Shown piece by piece: positions 25,059 to 28,629 of a stretch of DNA of 28,629 nt. The stretch is from contig JAHIEB010000039.1 of assembly GCA_018894075.1 (NCBI GenBank), positions 1 through 28,629 of the forward strand, read 5' to 3'. Position numbers and translations under genes: made by a program. Position 1 is the first letter of the stretch; each line of letters opens with the position of its first letter. This DNA comes from Patescibacteria group bacterium. GTDB lineage: Bacteria; Patescibacteriota; Minisyncoccia; Minisyncoccales; Staskawiczbacteraceae. A model generated the notes under the pieces. That model was not told the DNA's origin. It saw nothing but the letters and a program-made list of their open reading frames with translations, and ran no database searches.

Positions 25059-25105
25059 ATTATCAGCACATAACACACACAGGTAAAACAGAAAGGAGGT
25101 GGCCC

Positions 25106-26071
25106 ATGACGGCCACCAAAAAGAAAGTGAAGCGCCCCGAAAATGGGGGCGGGCCTGAAGGCACTAGCCTTCATGTGCCAGAGGCTGTGGCGGCCAGAGT
25201 TCTGGAAGGGGTGGATCTAGATCATATTCTCCAGATTAAGCCTCCGGACCAGGAAGATATCCGGGCTGAGCGCGAGATGCTGGAGAATGTGGAGGAGTGG
25301 GTCTGCCAGACCCTGAGCCATTTGGCCAATTACAGGACCCGGCGTCTGACGCGAGCTGAGGAGGCCCATCAGTCGCAACTGGAGACAGGCATGGCGGCCG
25401 TGATCCAGAGGCCTGACACCAAGAGATCGGCGTATTTTGCCTACCTCTCCTGGCACATGATGAGTCTGAGTTTCAGCGACCACCATGAGGCAGCAGCCAT
25501 GTGGTGGAGGCTGGAAGACGAGAAACTCATTGAGGAGTGCTCGGCCAGCGACTCCCAGCTCCCAGGAGGCAGGAATGACAGAGGAGAGCCGGACTCCATA
25601 TACCACAGGTACTTTCGCCTGTGGGACTGCTTGGAGCCCTCTGATCTGCGGATCCTGCAGGAGCAGTACAAGGCTTACCGCATCCGTGTCCTAGATGCGG
25701 TGAAGCAGGACAGGCAGAGAAGGTGGGCTGAGCTTGGGGAGCAGGTCACGATCACGCTTCAGCAAGCCAAGGAGGGGCAAGACGGGCTGTTCGGCTTGGA
25801 CATCCCAGTCCGGACCATGGAAGGCAAGTCCCCGCTTCAGGGCGGACGGCTCCTGCTGCGCCGCGAGTCCGGCAGACTGACTGTGAAAGACGTGGTCAAT
25901 ATGGTCGGCCACGGCGGAATCGGATCCTTTGAGGATAGGGTCCGGGAGAAAATCATTGGCGAGCAGGTTTCTCTGCCTGCTGATGACACCATGCAGTTGA
26001 AGATCGCAAGGAACGGCCCGTCAGCCTGGCTGTTCTCCCAGATTGTAGTCTGGGGCCTGAATAACGTGTGA
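25106..26071 (+). CDS. Hypothetical protein (321 aa), strongly GC-rich
   Basis: AGGAGGT SD upstream of ATG 25106; own promoter and terminator; no recognised family. Confidence 0.8.
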   Translation: MTATKKKVKRPENGGGPEGTSLHVPEAVAARVLEGVDLDHILQIKPPDQEDIRAEREMLENVEEWVCQTLSHLANYRTRRLTRAEEAHQSQLETGMAAVIQRPDTKRSAYFAYLSWHMMSLSFSDHHEAAAMWWRLEDEKLIEECSASDSQLPGGRNDRGEPDSIYHRYFRLWDCLEPSDLRILQEQYKAYRIRVLDAVKQDRQRRWAELGEQVTITLQQAKEGQDGLFGLDIPVRTMEGKSPLQGGRLLLRRESGRLTVKDVVNMVGHGGIGSFEDRVREKIIGEQVSLPADDTMQLKIARNGPSAWLFSQIVVWGLNNV

Positions 26072-26120
26072 CTTACTGGCGTCCGAGAAGCCAGCGAACC
26101 AAACCAAACCTGTGTGTGTC

Positions 26121-26157
26121 AAAAAGGACGTTGTTCTCGGCAACGTCCTCTTTTTTT
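26121..26157. terminator. Bidirectional terminator between convergent genes
   Basis: AAAA-AGGACGTTG-TTCTCGG-CAACGTCCT-CTTTTTTT. Confidence 0.8.
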
Positions 26158-27205
26158 ACTTCAGTTTTAAACTCATCCTGTATTCTCTGGGCTCTATTGA
26201 GATTATTTGAAACTCGTACTTTTTATCTTGCTCTAAAGCCTCCTCCATTTTAGCCTGTGACCCGAACTCCGATATATGGCACAATCCCTGGATTTTATCT
26301 TCTATCTGGATAAAAGCTCCGAATGGATTAAGCTTTGTCACCTTTCCCTGGACCACGTCTTCCTTTTTATACTTTTTCTCTATATCCTCCCATGGGTTTT
26401 TCTTTAGAGACTTTAAAGAAAGGAACACCTGGTTGTTTTTGATATCAATAATTTCAGCCTGCACTATCTGCCCTATCTTTACCACATCAGTCGGGTTTTC
26501 AATCAGTTGCCAGTCAAGTTCTGAAATATGGATAAGTCCCTCTATTTGGGGGGTGCCCTCGACAAAAGCAGGGAATTTAACAAAAGCTCCGAAGTCTGCA
26601 ATGCCGGATATTTCTCCCTCCACTTTATCGCCCCTGTTATAGCTCTTAAGTATTTCTTTTATCTTTTCTTCGCTCTTTGCTTTTTCAGAAAGAATTAACT
26701 TGTTCTCTTTAGCCAGCAAATCTAGGACTTTGACTTCCAGTGTCTGACCGACGAACTTTTGTAGCTCTTTTAATATCTTCTGTTTGTCAGCGTCTGTCAC
26801 TCTGGGATAATGTTCAGGAGAGAGCTGGGAAACAGGCAGAAAGGCAGACAATCCTTCAACTGTAGTCAAGAGTCCCCCTTTATTCACGCCAGTAATCTTG
26901 ACCGGGAATAATTCTCCATTGTCTTTTATTTCCTGAAGCTTTTTCCAGCTTATCTGCTTTGCAGCTTCCTGCAGGGACAATTCAATATATCCATCCTCAT
27001 TTTCAAGATCTACAACTTTGGCATAAATCTTGTCCCCCTCTTTTAGTTTTTTTATAATATCCTTGGCAGCATAGAACTCCCTGCCGTATATGATACCGTT
27101 TCCGTATCCTTCCAAATTAATAAACAAAGACGACCTGTCTCTGCCCACAACTATGCCCTCTAAAATAGACCCCATTGATATCTGCCCTTGATTTTCTTCT
27201 TTCAT
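26156..27205 (-). CDS. rpsA: 30S ribosomal protein S1 (four S1 domains)
   Basis: Repeated S1 motifs (NKGGL..AFLPVSQL, FGAFV..EGLIHISEL, FGAFI..GLCHISE); start MKEEN. Confidence 0.9.
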   Translation of the reverse strand: MKEENQGQISMGSILEGIVVGRDRSSLFINLEGYGNGIIYGREFYAAKDIIKKLKEGDKIYAKVVDLENEDGYIELSLQEAAKQISWKKLQEIKDNGELFPVKITGVNKGGLLTTVEGLSAFLPVSQLSPEHYPRVTDADKQKILKELQKFVGQTLEVKVLDLLAKENKLILSEKAKSEEKIKEILKSYNRGDKVEGEISGIADFGAFVKFPAFVEGTPQIEGLIHISELDWQLIENPTDVVKIGQIVQAEIIDIKNNQVFLSLKSLKKNPWEDIEKKYKKEDVVQGKVTKLNPFGAFIQIEDKIQGLCHISEFGSQAKMEEALEQDKKYEFQIISIEPREYRMSLKLK

Positions 27206-27358
27206 AAAAAAATAACGGTTCTTAATTATTATTCCCAAAAAAGCTGAGCCATTAAAACAGGCTTTTTGGGTATTATAAATATACACGAAACTGTCCCTTT
27301 GTTCAAGTGCGAGGCCTTGTTTCAAGCATTAAATAATGCTATTATTAGATATAAACAT

Positions 27359-28003
27359 ATGGCAAAAATCAGCTGGTGCGGACAATCCTGCTTTCAAATC
27401 GCTGTTTCTAACTCCAAGGACCATTCTGCCCAAATAGTCATTGATCCCTATGACGAGAAGCTTGGCTTAAAGGTTCCCAATCTATCAGGAGAAATTCTGC
27501 TCATAACCCACGACCACCCAGACCACAATAATATCAAGGCAGTGAAAGGAGATCCTTTTGTTATTTCTACACCAGGAGAATACGAGGTTAAAGGGGTCTT
27601 TATTAAAGGCATTAGTGCAGACCATGGCGAAAAAAGAGGAAAGATAATAATATATACTATGGAAGCTGAAGGATTGAGATTCTGCCATCTTGGAGATTTA
27701 GGGCAAAAGGAGCTTTCTTCTGATCAATTGGATCAAATAGGGCTAATTGATGTTTTGATGATTCCTGTGGGAGGGACATATACTATTTCTGGCCAAGAGG
27801 CTCAAAAGATAATTTCCCAGATAGAGCCAAAGATGGTAATTCCTATGCATTATGATATAAAGGGGCTGGAATTAAAGCTTGACGGAGTGGATAAGTTTTT
27901 GAAAGCAATAGGAAAGCATTCTGTTATTCCGCAGGAAAAACTGCTGGTTAAGTCAAACTCCTTGCCAAAAGACGGAACAGAAGTAGTTATTCTTCTACCA
28001 TGA
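27359..28003 (+). CDS. MBL-fold metallo-hydrolase
   Basis: ITHDHPDH, CHLGDLG, IPMHY motifs; ATG 27359 below TG-C-TATTAT. Confidence 0.9.
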   Translation: MAKISWCGQSCFQIAVSNSKDHSAQIVIDPYDEKLGLKVPNLSGEILLITHDHPDHNNIKAVKGDPFVISTPGEYEVKGVFIKGISADHGEKRGKIIIYTMEAEGLRFCHLGDLGQKELSSDQLDQIGLIDVLMIPVGGTYTISGQEAQKIISQIEPKMVIPMHYDIKGLELKLDGVDKFLKAIGKHSVIPQEKLLVKSNSLPKDGTEVVILLP

Positions 28004-28308
28004 TAAAAAAGCTTCAGGACCTGCCTTTAGAAAAAAGAAAAATGATTCTCTGGGGGGCGGTCGTCTTATTGGGGCTAATCTTTTTAATCTTTTGGTTTAA
28101 AACCACAGTTTATAGATTGCAAAAAATGGGCGATTTCGGGGAGGCACTGGCTCCGGCAGGAGAGATAATAAACGAAGCTGGAGAAAATTTTAATGATGTA
28201 ATGGAAGGAGCAAACTTTTTAGAAATGACCCCCGAAGAGCTAGAGCAGTTAAAAGCTGACGCCAGCCCCGAAGAATTAGAGGAGATACAAAAAATGATGG
28301 GAGAATAG
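28000..28308 (+). CDS. Hypothetical protein with a single N-terminal TM helix
   Basis: 102-aa ORF overlapping the upstream stop (ATGA). Confidence 0.7.
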   Translation: MIKKLQDLPLEKRKMILWGAVVLLGLIFLIFWFKTTVYRLQKMGDFGEALAPAGEIINEAGENFNDVMEGANFLEMTPEELEQLKADASPEELEEIQKMMGE

Positions 28309-28311
28309 AAT

Positions 28312-28629
28312 ATGGTTAAAAAAGAAGAAAAAAATACAGATATAGGAGAAGTAAGACCCCGGGATATAGTGCAGGAAATGCAGGAGTCATACATTGACTA
28401 TGCCATGTCTGTTATAGTGGCCAGAGCTCTACCTGACGTAAGAGACGGCCTAAAACCTGTCCATAGAAGAATCTTATACGCCATGCTTGAAGAAGGATTG
28501 AGGCATAGCGCCAAATTCAGGAAGTCAGCGACAGTGGTGGGTTCTGTCTTGGGAAGATATCATCCCCACGGAGACGCGGCAGTTTATGAGTCATTGGTCA
28601 GAATGGCTCAGGATTTCTCTTTAAGATAT
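28312..28629 (+). CDS. gyrA: DNA gyrase subunit A (5' part, runs off the window)
   Basis: [47 protein letters not shown]. Confidence 0.95.
   Translation, partial: MVKKEEKNTDIGEVRPRDIVQEMQESYIDYAMSVIVARALPDVRDGLKPVHRRILYAMLEEGLRHSAKFRKSATVVGSVLGRYHPHGDAAVYESLVRMAQDFSLRY

Noticed and set aside
96-28394. Many short antisense or alternate-frame ORFs in the track (e.g. 791-1168, 7334-7720, 8277-8597, 10025-10510, 12012-12491, 17222-17890, 23529-24104)
   Set aside because: They are shadows of confident genes or tRNAs, with no motifs or expression signals

Overview
AT-rich bacterial chromosome segment read with genetic code 11 (infB and rbfA end in TGA, clpP in TAG). A short IF2, core genes without Shine-Dalgarno (SD) sites, DUF4446, variant tRNA T-loops and tRNA-linked LAGLIDADG-like genes suggest a Patescibacteria/CPR (Parcubacteria-like) genome; this is inference. 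Core genes: nusA-hppA-tig-clpP, rny, htrA, infB-rbfA, rplS, rluA/D, ftsH, rpsA and the 5' end of gyrA, plus 14 tRNA genes. An accessory tract of about 5.4 kb (14.7-20.1 kb) holds several broken genes, and four GC-rich SD-led genes stand alone. Most notable: (1) two different LAGLIDADG-like ORFs each run into, and stop inside, the tRNA directly downstream (tRNA-Cys, tRNA-Ile); (2) an RNase III homologue with all four catalytic acidic residues replaced but an intact dsRBD; (3) a twice-repeated non-coding element of about 77 nt with compensatory base changes, each copy at the broken 3' end of a decayed gene; (4) a tRNA-Ile with a UAU anticodon. No CRISPR array, rRNA or intact transposase/integrase was seen. 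All calls were made by eye, with no database searches.
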